From contig NC_047071.1 of the NCBI RefSeq assembly GCF_902459465.1, positions 3,286,001 to 3,350,000 of the forward strand: 64,000 nucleotides of DNA, read 5' to 3'. Position numbers and translations under genes: made by a program. Under the pieces are notes generated by a model that was given only the letters and a program-made list of their open reading frames with translations, ran no database searches and was not told where the DNA came from. Positions 34,301 through 45,409 of the stretch are shown piece after piece (the first letter of the stretch is position 1; each line of letters begins with the position of its first letter). Source of the stretch: Asterias rubens. Its lineage: Eukaryota.

Positions 34301-35901
34301 TTTTGTTTACACCAACAGATGTTAATGGACAATGGTCCTCTAGAAGCTGGACTTGGACCATTCATCAAACTCAAAAAGGTGAGGCAGGTCACACAAATAG
34401 TTTATATGTGGAAAGGCATCAAGAAGCCTGTTTTAAAAGACTGAATTAAATTGACCTTTCTGTAAAGAAATAATACATTAAAGTTGGCCCTCTATTGAAC
34501 ATGGAGCAGGTTATAACAAGTTGGTCATGTTAAACTCCTTAAACATTGCAACAGTTTATGCTCCAACACTTTCCTGAAACAATTGATTTTTAATTAATTT
34601 TAAAGGTAGGAGACAAAGGTGGTGTTGTTTCAAAGCACTGTTAAAACATTAATCTAATGAGCCCCAACTTAATCAAAAGATAGAATCATATGTACATATA
34701 CCCATGTACTGAACTGATCATAAGAGTGCAACCAGCAAAAATTGAAGAACTTTGCCAGGGGAAAACAAGGAAATAAATTTCATGAAATGTGTACTTGAAA
34801 CTAATATACTTCTACATGTGCTGTTTTTCTCTTAATTCATTAGAAAGCAGACTTTGTTGGGAAAGCCGCTATTCAGAAAGTGAAAGATGAAGGTATTAAG
34901 AAGAAGTTGGTTCTTCTAACGATGCCAGACACAGACAATGTTGACCCTGAAGGCAATGAGACAATCTGGATCAATGACAAGGTAAGGAGTATCTCTAAAT
35001 ACCAACATGAGTTAACTTGTGTCTAAAGAAACAATCACAGCTTTTTGGTTGCTGGTTTTGGTTTGAAGAAAGTAACTTTCAGTAGTTTGCGAGTACTTCA
35101 TGGCCAGTTGAAGAAAATGCATTTAAATAATTATATACAGTTAAGAAAGTAAAAAATAGTTAATGGCCCGACGATTTGACCCTAGCACATATGTCAAAGT
35201 GAAACAAAAACAGTGAAGTGGAAATAGATGAATAGAGAGGGAGACGGAGAGAGTCGGAGAGCACACAGCAAAGATAAAGTAATCTAAATATCCTGTGTTT
35301 TGTTGTACATCAAAGTAGAATGCGTATTTAGAACTGAATGTTGCACCTTGAAGTTCAATAAGACACATCATGATGGGGTAAACTTCATAATGTGGCTCCA
35401 TTTAGTTGAATAGATGCTTTGTACAGCCAGGGCCCAATTTCATAGAGCTGCTTAAGCACAAAATTTTGCTTAAGCAAAAATATCCTTGCTTAGTAAAATC
35501 AGATTACCGGCCAAGACTCCACTCAATTGTTATGCCAAGTAAACAGCAGCTAAATACCAGTCACAAGCAATGTATATGGCATGACATTTTGGCCAGTAAC
35601 ACGTGTAAACTAGCAAGCTATTTTCGTGCTTGAGTAAATTTTTTGCTTAAGCAGATCTATGAAATTGGCCCCTATAAATCCCATTTAATAATTGCAATTA
35701 CAGGTTGTTGGTAACACTACATCAGGTTGCTTCAGCTACCATCTTGGCCGTAGTATCTGCTATGCCTATCTACCATTAGACCTAGCCACAGAAGGGACAC
35801 AGGTTGATGTAGAACTGCTTGGTAAGCGCTACACTTCAACAGTGGTCAAAGAACCACTTGTCCAAACTGAACCCGCTAGGACCAGACAACAAAATAAATA
35901 A
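22397..35901 (+). CDS. DMGDH: Mitochondrial dimethylglycine dehydrogenase, 16 coding exons, about 872 aa
   Basis: Exons 22397-22521 (putative transit peptide, least certain), 22833-23013 ([11 protein letters not shown] motif; STWHA covalent-flavin His), 23520-23618, 24723-24887, 25415-25619, 26009-26257, 27266-27464, 27657-27776, 28367-28521, 29731-29948, 30926-31056, 31665-31882, 33508-33665 (GELGWEFYH; LRIEKG-type motif), 34319-34378, 34844-34981, 35704-35901 (VVGNTTSG, GcvT C-terminus). They sum to 2619 nt in frame. Confidence 0.97.
24385..24660 (-). mobile_element. 5'-truncated L2/CR1-group LINE 3' end with a (TAT)n tail
   Basis: The minus strand reads [39 protein letters not shown], the typical L2 ORF2 C-terminus with a W-to-TAG nonsense change, then an ATA-repeat tail. 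Similar tails lie at ~28840-28920 and ~59888-59970. Confidence 0.8.
25270..25425 (+). repeat. About 44-bp tandem repeat (4 units) containing the DMGDH exon 5 acceptor
   Basis: ttgcttag|atactt(t/g)gtggtatttataagacactttg repeated, with AG junctions at 25282, 25325 and 25414. Confidence 0.85.
29391..29640. mobile_element. PIF/Harbinger-like MITE (~245 bp); copies at 29391-29640, 35428-35674, 48280-48513
   Basis: TIR GGCCCAATTTCATAGAGCTGCTTAAGCA. A 3-bp CAG TSD is present in two of the three copies; CWG is a known Harbinger target. Confidence 0.8.
30190..30780 (-). mobile_element. tRNA-derived SINE interrupted by a TIR element
   Basis: Reverse B-box gggactcgaacc near 30700 and a typical SINE body (cttgttcaaggacacaa; ccctggggag; caggtaccaattta). 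Confidence 0.6.
30349..30644. mobile_element. 296-bp MITE with 8-bp TSD (hAT- or P-like)
   Basis: GCTGAGAA|CATAGAGTTATATATGAGAACTAGAGGGCGCAC ... GTGCGCCCTCTAGTTCTGATATATAACTCTATG|GCTGAGAA. Confidence 0.88.
31855..33010. repeat. 81-bp minisatellite (about 14 units) seeded at the DMGDH exon 12 donor
   Basis: Unit tagatgccaccagaatctcatatgctg|gtatgacatttattattacatgaggttgatctgaggtttggggtgaggggctga. Donor-like sites fall every 81 bp from 31882 to 32935. Confidence 0.97.
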
Positions 35902-37923
35902 GCTGTCAAGTGAGTATACTGAAACAATGACAATGCATTCCATAATTCCTAAAGTTGTCTTGGAAATTGGCCACCCATAGAGGGGGTGCTTCCTTTCAAC
36001 CAACAGTGGCCTTTGAATTGACTGTTTTATAGCGTGTAAACTTATCTGGTGGTTGGGTGGCTTTATCTAAAGTCTTTATCAAAAAAGTCTGGTGGACTAA
36101 AAAGGATTTGAGGATGAAACAAAACATTAGGTCACAATTGTCTGATAAAACCACATTTCAGGTCACAATTGTTGGATAAAACCAAACACAATGACACAAA
36201 AAGACAAGTGTCAGTTATTAATGGATGAAACCAAATCTTACAGTATTAATTCTGAGATAACATTGTGTGTTAAGTTGCAAGTGTTAACACCTGGAGTATT
36301 GTATGTCAGCCACCATTGAACAATTGCTGAAAGCGCCACAACAGTAGCCAATGCGTTCAATGCAACAATGACAGATACATTGCTTATCATGTCATTGGGA
36401 AAATATTTGATAAAATCATTGCAATAAATTAGCTTAATCAATTTCAAAGAATTTTATAGTTTACATTTCCTTTGTGGCGGTAACATAAAAAAGAAAAAGT
36501 GAAACTCTGTTGCCTTAGGTTTCTTTTGAAGTGATCTTAAGTAAAATGTGTAAACAGTGAAAGAGTTATAGTTTTGATATTAATCTGAAATCCTACCTTG
36601 ATTGAGTGAGAGTGTGTGTAAAAAAGGTACAAAAGAAATATTTTTTGAAAAGTGGTACAAATATTTTACTAAAATGTAAACAACATTTATAATTGTACTT
36701 CTTCTCTGTGATTACATAATGCATTCCACAAGTTCAGTTCTCATTCACTTAACTTGGAACTCCAATATTTTATGAACACCTTTACTGTTTCTCGTATCAC
36801 AGCCAATCTTCTTATTGACTCCTTGAACAATACAAAACATTTAGCATCTCCACCATTTTGGAAGTCAGTTTCTTTGAGTAAATTTTGCCTCCCAAAATGG
36901 CGGAGTAAGTGCATTGCACATTGTATAAGGGTTAGAGGTGATGAGGGGAGATAAGAGACGATGAACATGTACCCTAAAAAAGTAACAAAGACTTACTTAT
37001 GCAATTATGTATTCAGCATTCTCGTAATCTAGTTGTGTATTTCATCACATTACTCAAATATTGCAACTCTTAAAGTAAGTATTCATGAACACCATATAAT
37101 CTGTAAATCACTTAAGTTTTTTATTGTTTAACTCCTAAGGGACCATTAATTACTGTATTGTCATCAACATACGCTAAGATGTGATGAAAAACACATTCTA
37201 TTCATTTCATGTTTTTCCTGGATAGAATGAAAGATAATACAATTGTTTTTTGAAATGTAAATACCATGTTAACATTGGAGTCATTAGAAGCTTTCAATTC
37301 ATGAGATGAGTTTTAAGTTGACCTTTTAAGTTGACTAGTAGTAGGTCTACTCTTGTGGCTGTTTATTTGCCAGTGGGGTGTACATGGGATTATTGGCACT
37401 TGCACCCACAGTGGTCTTGTCAAGATTTTCTTTTTCTCTGAAGTGTTATTTAAGGATATTTTAATTAGACTGTTTATATCAGTTGCACTAGTAAGCTACT
37501 CAAATATCTTGGATAGAATATTAGTGATAATACCTACTTTCTCATCAGAAACGCAACTATTTTATCATGGCAACAACAGTAAATTTACGAATTTGTCAAG
37601 TTTCATTTGGGTATGGAATTGTAATCAAAACTTCATAATTTTATTTAACAAATAAATTATCTGGTGGAATAGTGATTTGTGTACCCAACAGTCTCATCTA
37701 CTTATGGTTTGTGTTAAGTACAAAATCTATAAAAAGCGTGTACAAATAAAAAAGGCAAGGAAAAGGAGTAAATAAACCTATAACAGGCAACATGTCCAGG
37801 GATTTGTTGAACTCTTGGTTAAACATTCTAAGATAAGCTTAAATAAGAAAACAATGAAGTAAACTGGTCTTGGCTATAACTGATTGAATGAAATAAAGTA
37901 ATGTTTGTTACAAGTTTGATGGT

Positions 37924-40900
37924 TTAATAGCCTGCTGCCCTGCCGTGTTTACGTTTATCACTATATGCATCCCATCTGTTACCAGACCTTCTGATAGATT
38001 GGACTATAGATAGTAGTGGCTTCTCTTTCAGTGTGTGACCCATGCTCACCAAACTATTTAAGATGTCCTTTGGGAGAATAAAGACAAAGAAAGTACAAAA
38101 ATTAACAAATTATGTACAAAGGTTTTGCCCTCTTTATGCAACATTGCTATTCTCCAACAATGTTTCCCCTTTTATTTGTCCTGTGCAGTGTCCAATGGAT
38201 TCGACCACTTTTCAGAACTTGAAATTTTACCAGCAAATAATTATAACATTGTTGCTGTATTAGTCAAACTAAACATCATCCACGGGTTAAACTTGGATGA
38301 CATAGTGTGCAGTCTCATATGTCATAATGAGTTGGGCATTGAAAATCTACTTTATTACTGGAAAATGTCAACAGTTCATTTGTTGGATTACGGTTCACAT
38401 TACAGAATGAGCATTATTGAAAGGGGTTTTATACATTGACTTGGAGTAGCATTGATAGGAGTTGACCCATGATCTAATAGTCTATTTACCTGATCTAATC
38501 CTGATTCATACATGACGACATTCTCAGGTTGCAGTTGGTTATGAACTCTCTTCTCGTCAGTAATGTCTTCAAGTGTGGCCTCCGTAAACACTGACATCAA
38601 TGTTATCTAACAAGAATATATTAACATTATCATTTGAATATCAGAAAGTGTATAAACTAGTTTCAAGTTGTTGATGTGAACAAACATATTTTCATTGTAA
38701 GTTAATGGAAAAGAGTGGCCTCATAAACATATGAACCAACTTTTACAAATATAATATAAGCAAAATTAAATTGTACAAATTGGTGGAGCTACATGCTCTA
38801 TCAACAGTCTCCCAATGTACAAGCAGCTTAGTAAGCTTACCCATGCATTAGTAGTAATAATAGCTCTGCTGCCAGCACTTCCTGTAACAAGCTCAACGTC
38901 ACCACTCTTCTCATTCACTACTATCACTGGACTCATTGCAGAGAGCGGCATTTTACCAGGTTCAATATAATTGACTGAAGAAGCTGGCTGACTGACGGGT
39001 GTATCAAAGTCTGCCATTTCATTGTTCCATAATATACCAGTGGAGTTAGAAATCATTAGACTCCCAAAGCTACAAACAAACAGAGATTCAGAGTTAGACA
39101 TGTGGCAACAGATTGAAGAAAAACATGAAATTGAAGACACAAAAGGCTACCCTTTCAAATGTTCTTATGAGCAAATGACCCTTTGTTCACATACTTTGTC
39201 AATGAACCTCTGTATCACATTAAATCACGACCATATATTCACATTCAATGAACCAATCCGGCCTGTCAATCAAACTGTGCGCGTTCACCCATTTGACCAA
39301 TCACAGCAATGATTGTGGTCGGACAAACTCGGTCATGCGTCCGCGTATATTTGGCACGCGCGGCAGAATCGTGCAGAATGTCATTGGGAGTGCTCGTACA
39401 CGTGTCTTGCTCACTATCGTCTTGATTTGGTTGATTCTAATGAGAGAAAGTATGGCAAAACCATTTGGTTATCGGCCAAATCTATCTGGATATATTGTGG
39501 TAATACTTACTGGTAATTAACAGTCGTAGTTGCCGATACTGCATTTCCATCTTCATCTACTACACTAATATGACAAGTGCCTCCATGGTGTGATGCTGTA
39601 CTATGAAGTGGGTCATAACCTGATGCATCTGTGTAAGTTACTTGGTTGTCTTCAATTTGGGAGAACACTGTCTTTGCTAAACTTTCTGACTTCATCTTAT
39701 TCAGAACCTGTCAGGGAACAATATTAAAGAAAATTGGTTAGCTCTGCCATGTAATAGACCCTTCCCATGAAATATGTAAATTGCACATAGCACGTGCGCA
39801 CTAACGTTTTGGTTGGCAAAATGAGGGAACATCACGCTGTTTTGTACACGGCTAATGGGTGCGTGACGCTAACGCGATTGCGCATCTGCTTAATGCACAA
39901 CTCTATGGCGTTTGCCAACCAACAGGGTCTGTACGCATGTGGAATGTGATGAGCATATTTCACGGGAAGGGTCCATTGGAGTTATGTGCAAGATCAAATT
40001 GATTGATTGGTTTTCTTTTTTCTTTTATGTGTATCTGAACAGCAGAAAATGACACCCCAGCTCAGTATTCCATTTTGTCGTTGTGTCTTATTTCACAGGT
40101 TAAATGAGAAAGACTCTACTGCTAGGGTCGAAATGTTGGGCCATTAACTATTTATCACAGGTTTTAATGAGTAAGAACACTATTTGAACCATGAAATGTA
40201 ACAAGATTGGCTTATCTTGGGTTAAAGGCAGTGGACACTACTGGTAATTGTCAAAGACTACCCTTCACAGTTGTTGTAGCTCAACATAAGCATAAAATAA
40301 CGAACCTGTGAAAATTTGAGCTCAATCTGTCATCGAACTTGCGAGATATTAATGAAAAAAAAAAACCCTTGTTACACGAAGTTGTGTGTGTTTAGATGGT
40401 TGATTTCGAGACCTCAAGTTCTAAATATGAGGTCTCAAAATCAAATTCGTGGAAAATTACGTCTTTCTCTAAAGCTATGTCACTTCAGAGGGAGCCGTTT
40501 CTCACAATGTTTTATACCATCAACCTCTCCCCATTACTCGTCACCAAGAAAGGTTTATACCATCAACCTCTCCCCATTACTCGTCACCAAGAAAGGTTTT
40601 ATGTCAATAATTATTTTGAGTAATTACCAATAGTGTCCACTGCCTTTAAGGGTTTATAGAAACATGCAAGATCAACGCTTACTTCTTGAACCTCTGCTGT
40701 ATCAACATCACCAACGTAACTTCTTAGTGCAAAGGCAAACTTTGATGCTTCAATAAACTTATGGTATATTTGTGTCCTGTCATCAGATGACTTCAGTAGA
40801 GTGTCCGATAAATTAATATCTGAGGGAAATACATCAAAAACAAATATTGATTAGGTATTTAAATTGACAGAGTTTGTGACCAGTCACAAGTATAACAGGG

Positions 40901-43900
40901 ATTGTAAAGTTTTCATCACAAAGACATCAGTTGAATTGCATTTGTCAATTATTTTACAAAATGTACTTTGAAATAGAAATAGGTGGCTCATATATGCAAA
41001 TTTCACACCATACACTTATTTCTTCATAAACAAATACCTATTGTCTTAAAAGTTAACATGACTATTTTGTATACTGTAAGATTTGTCTATGATAAAAGGT
41101 ATAGCCGTATTGTCTTACTTGATAAGATATTGATGATAAATTGTACAAAAGGACCTCCAGAAGGTGTTGGTGATGTTAATAGTGTCTTATCTTGTCCTAA
41201 GGAGAGGGTAGAGGCAGGCATCCATTCTGCAGTGTAGTCTTCCATATCAGCAGTTGTTAATATTCCACCTGTAAGTAATAATAAACATATGTGACCCACT
41301 CTGTGAAAATGAGTCAGATGTCGCCCAATGCAATACTAAGTTATGGACAGTTTAATGTGGAAAATGTAAATTTAAAAGAAATCTTTGTTTCTTTTTAAGA
41401 TCTTTAGTTGCATGGTTAACCTGTAGAACACTTACTCTTAGGCAATAAAGCTATAAATACAACAATTTTGTGATCATACTTATGTCTAATTTGTATCATT
41501 TTGCACACAATGGTAGTTTAAAATATAATTTTACTTGTAGTTCGTTTTTCACAAAAAATCGTGTAGTGGCTAATTTCAAACGGGAGTAACTCAGCAACGC
41601 GATACACCCCAAAGCTTAGACACATACCAAATTACTGCTGCTGATGTGTTCTTTCCAGCCATGCATATAACTCAATCTTGAAACTGCCTACATGTGACTC
41701 ATTTTCACAGAGCAGGTCACATATGAAGTACCTAATGGAGATATGATTCATGGTACGTGCACATTGTATACTGAAGTGAACATATTATTTATTTAACCCA
41801 ATCCTTCAGCCCATACATACCATATGTATTCATTTCTTGTATGAGTCGTTGTCCTGATTGTCCAGTAGATAGCTCTGTATGTCCATTGATTGAAATAGCT
41901 TTCAGTGTCTTTGCTAGTATGGGGCATGAAACAATATCACCAGCAGTCTTCCATCTGCCATCATCAGTCTGGTACCGGGCACTTCAATTGAAAGAAACAA
42001 ACAAAGAGTCAATATTTTGGTACTGCTGATACTGGTATTGTTTCCCAGCCAATTTTTAACTCAATTTCTAACTCAGTATGCTTGTACAAGAATAAATAGA
42101 AAAATATTTTTAAGGTTAGAGTTATGGTTTGTAATCGACGACATGATAATCAAAGCTTACAAAAAAACATAACTTACACAAGCCTAGCATACTCAGGAAG
42201 ACTTGTTATATTATGGACCTTTGAAAACTTGTTAAGTGCCCTTTCTTGGTGAGCAGTCATTGGAAATCCATTCTCTGCTAACTCAATAACTGATGTGAAC
42301 AATTCTTGCCATGGTAGCTTTCCATACACCTTATGTGCCTCCCACATGCCTTGTAGTTCACCAGGGACAGCTACGGATCTGTAACCTGTCATCAAACAAC
42401 ATGCAAATAGAAGTGTCATACAAATCCTTTAAAACTAATACCCATAATATGTTTCCACGGATAATTTAACTGCAATTATCATAACTAGTATTATCATCTA
42501 TTTGTCATAACAAGAACAACACAAAATACAGAAATAACAAAACAAAATTGTACGGGCAAAAAGCCAATGGCACATGCCTGAATTAAAAAAGTTAACCAAA
42601 TAACTGTGACTTGGAAGCCTTTGAGGGCTATCTGTTATGGATTACATGTTATAGTTTATCATCTGTTATGGATGACTTACCTCTAAGCTGCTCAGTCGCA
42701 TCATTTTGATACATGTTAACAGTTGCTGCTGCAGGAGCCTTTTCTCGAGCCATTAATGTCTCTGCTTTTTGAGATTTCTTATCATATACTAGCATGAACA
42801 TACCTCCACCTAAACCTGAGCTTTGAGGGTTTACTACACCTACACATAGCAGACTAGATATAGCTGCATCCACTGCGGAACCACCTTGCTTTAAAATGGC
42901 ACTAAAAAGGGAAAAATAACAGTTTGTAGATGAACAACAATGATTTGACATAGGACAGGAATAAAACCAAACTTGCCAAACTGCATTCATTTCAAAACAT
43001 AATATATTAAGTAAATGTAGTTTATAGTCCATAAACGGTTGCTTGGAAATAGTCAAAGGACAAACAACTTCCTTGTTTTGTTTTAAATATTATTCTATGT
43101 ATAAACAAAAGTAACTCAAGTTTTTAGGGTGCAAACAATACCATTTTCATTTCTGTATTGTAGCATCGGCTACTACATACACACCACAACAACTCTGTTC
43201 TAGGATGTCAAAGAGTTGTGCAACTCATTTTTGTAAACATAAGTAGGAACAGAACATTCAGATATTACATTACAGTCAATCACAACCTGTTTAGATAATT
43301 GAATACCAAACAGCAGGTACAACATTCTACTTTCACCCATGACCCCCTTATAAAATTAAAAGTCAAAAGAATCCTTGATATATAATGAACCTCTTAACCT
43401 GCCTATGTGTTTGTTGTGTGTGTGTGTGGGGGGGGGGGGGGGTACAGGGACTGTATTGCTCAACTGCTCTCGTCATTACAAACATATCTGACCCTGACAT
43501 TTTGAAGTCAACCTCTTCATACAAATTAGGCGTCAGCATAGAGAACTCTAGAGTAGAAGTAACAGGTACATAATCCATTGTTTGGGCTATGCATCCAACA
43601 CAAACCACATGATAGACAAATAACTTAAAGGGGGGCTCCAGGCCTTGCACTGGTCAAATGAATGAAGTTACATTCTGTCACACTCAAAAAGTAAATTAAC
43701 ACATTTCCAAACAAGTAGAATGGACAGTTTTTTACATCAGGGCACGTTGAGAAGTGGTTTTCACTGATAGCCCGTTAGCAGTTTTTACAAGCCATCGTAT
43801 TGCTGAGCTAGTGTAGTTTATATAACACCCAAGCAGATCCTTGCCATTTGATTGGAGGATTGTCCGTCACGTGATAGCAAATAAAAGTACCATTGCACGC

Positions 43901-45409
43901 TGAGTCACTCGCCGTGCTTTTTCGTTCCATCCGAAAAGTACCATTGCACGCTGGCACGCTGCCAGCGTGCAATGGTACTTTTCGGATGGAACGAAAAAGC
44001 TGAGTAAAAACATCACTGCGTGCGCGTGTCTTTGGTAACGCAGCAGGTGTTACTGCAAGAAAGCATAGTAAAATTACTAGCATTCGGCTTCTACAGTTGA
44101 AATTGTTTGTTTTGGAAGTTGTTTCTTTCAATCAAAATGACAAAGTTCTACTTGGATGTTATATAAAACAAATAATGAATGTTTTTCATTCGTGCAATGG
44201 TGCGAATATGTTCATTCGTTGAAAGCTGGAATGTTCCATTCAACTCGGCTCCGCCTCGTTGAATAGAACATTCCATCTTTCAACTCATGAACATATTCGC
44301 ACCATTGCACTCATAAACATTCATTATGTGTATAATAATGTGACACAGAAAAACAAGAAGACAATATACACAAGGTTAGAGTGTTTGTCTTACCTCCCAA
44401 TATCTGAACACAACCCAACGTCAGTTGCAACTGCAGCTCTGCTGAACATACTTTGATCAGGGGAAGATGTAGACTCAGATGATGAATCTTTTCCCATTGT
44501 TACACCAACAACTACCATGAATAAAACTGCCAATCCCATACCCAGCAGGATGATTAGGAAACAAGTCCTTAGTGTAAATGGAGTCCTACAGAAAATACAA
44601 GTAAAGATATATATTTCAGAAAGTAAAATTAGCTGTTGCAAACTCCTCACCAAACAACAAGGACTATTGGTATAAAAGCAAACCCTCTAGCAATGGAACA
44701 GCTTGGGCGATATCGATTTATTTTATTCACGATATATCGCCGACAATATATCGCGATATTCGATATAATCGCGATTAATGAAATTTGACATCATCAGTCT
44801 TCAAACTCCAAGTGAAAGTTGTAGAAGAGACAGTCATGGCTTAAGAGAGGTGTTCTAATGACCTATTCTTCTGGTTTTACTCCAAACCTATGGGGTGCAA
44901 GATGTCTCAGCTAGCAAATACATCGAATCGCGACATATCGCGATATATCGATATTTCGATTAAAACCAAATCCATCCGATATCGAAATCGTTTCCAAATT
45001 AATATCGCGATATTGGATAATATCGTGATATCGCCCAAGCTTAGCTGAGAGTTCTCAAATGCTGAATGACAACACAACACAACACACATAAAATGAAACA
45101 AGGACCTTGCACTCTAAGTGGTAGCACATTCAAGTTAATAGTCATGCAGCTTTTTTACTCATTTTTGTTCACTGATGATTGTCGACAAGAAACATAGCAA
45201 TGAGACACAACTAACCCTTCAACATTTTTGTTGGTCACTAACTTGACATGCTTGACTTGTTTCCCGTTGACTGTCATTGGCTCAATCTCCAAGATACTTT
45301 CATCTTGAACGTCTTCGACGTCGCCATCTTGATCGTCTTGAAGGTCTTCCATGCTACCCTCTGTATCCTCCATCTGTGCAATGTGACTTACTGATGGCTC
45401 AGGCTCCAT
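37924..45409 (-). CDS. GGT: Gamma-glutamyltranspeptidase / glutathione hydrolase family protein (GGT-A), type II membrane protein, about 649 aa
   Basis: Exons 45409-45216 (donor choice uncertain), 44585-44394 (TM helix; AAVATD), 42901-42681 (GGSAVDAA; NPQSSGLGGG; AREKAP), 42385-42178 (SVAVPGEL), 41981-41821, 41268-41119, 40819-40683, 39707-39511 (GG|TCHISVVDEDGNAVSATTTVN autocleavage site), 39069-38841 (NNEMADF; PGKMPLSAMSP), 38606-38490, 38067-37924 (AYSDKRKHGRAAGY*). Confidence 0.95.
39753..39977. mobile_element. About 225-bp MITE
   Basis: TIR AATAGACCCTTCCCATGAAATATG / CATATTTCACGGGAAGGGTCCATT. Confidence 0.7.
43812..44340. mobile_element. Non-autonomous double-hairpin element in a GGT-A intron
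   Basis: Near-perfect inverted repeat 43916-44000 (~40-bp arms) and a second hairpin 44172-44327 centred on ctcggctccgcctcg. The 5' end reads tataacaccc...gattgg...tcacgtga. Confidence 0.65.
44700..45041. mobile_element. MITE rich in CGATAT repeats
   Basis: TIR AGCTTGGGCGATATC / GATATCGCCCAAGCT, with many internal atatcg motifs. Confidence 0.75.

Noticed and set aside
38400-38489. ORF-track C-terminus for GGT-A (...VNRLLDHGSTP...MLIL*)
   Set aside because: It is intron read-through. The donor CAG|gtaaat at 38490 splices to the exon at 38067-37924, which has the canonical SDxRKxGxxAGY end.
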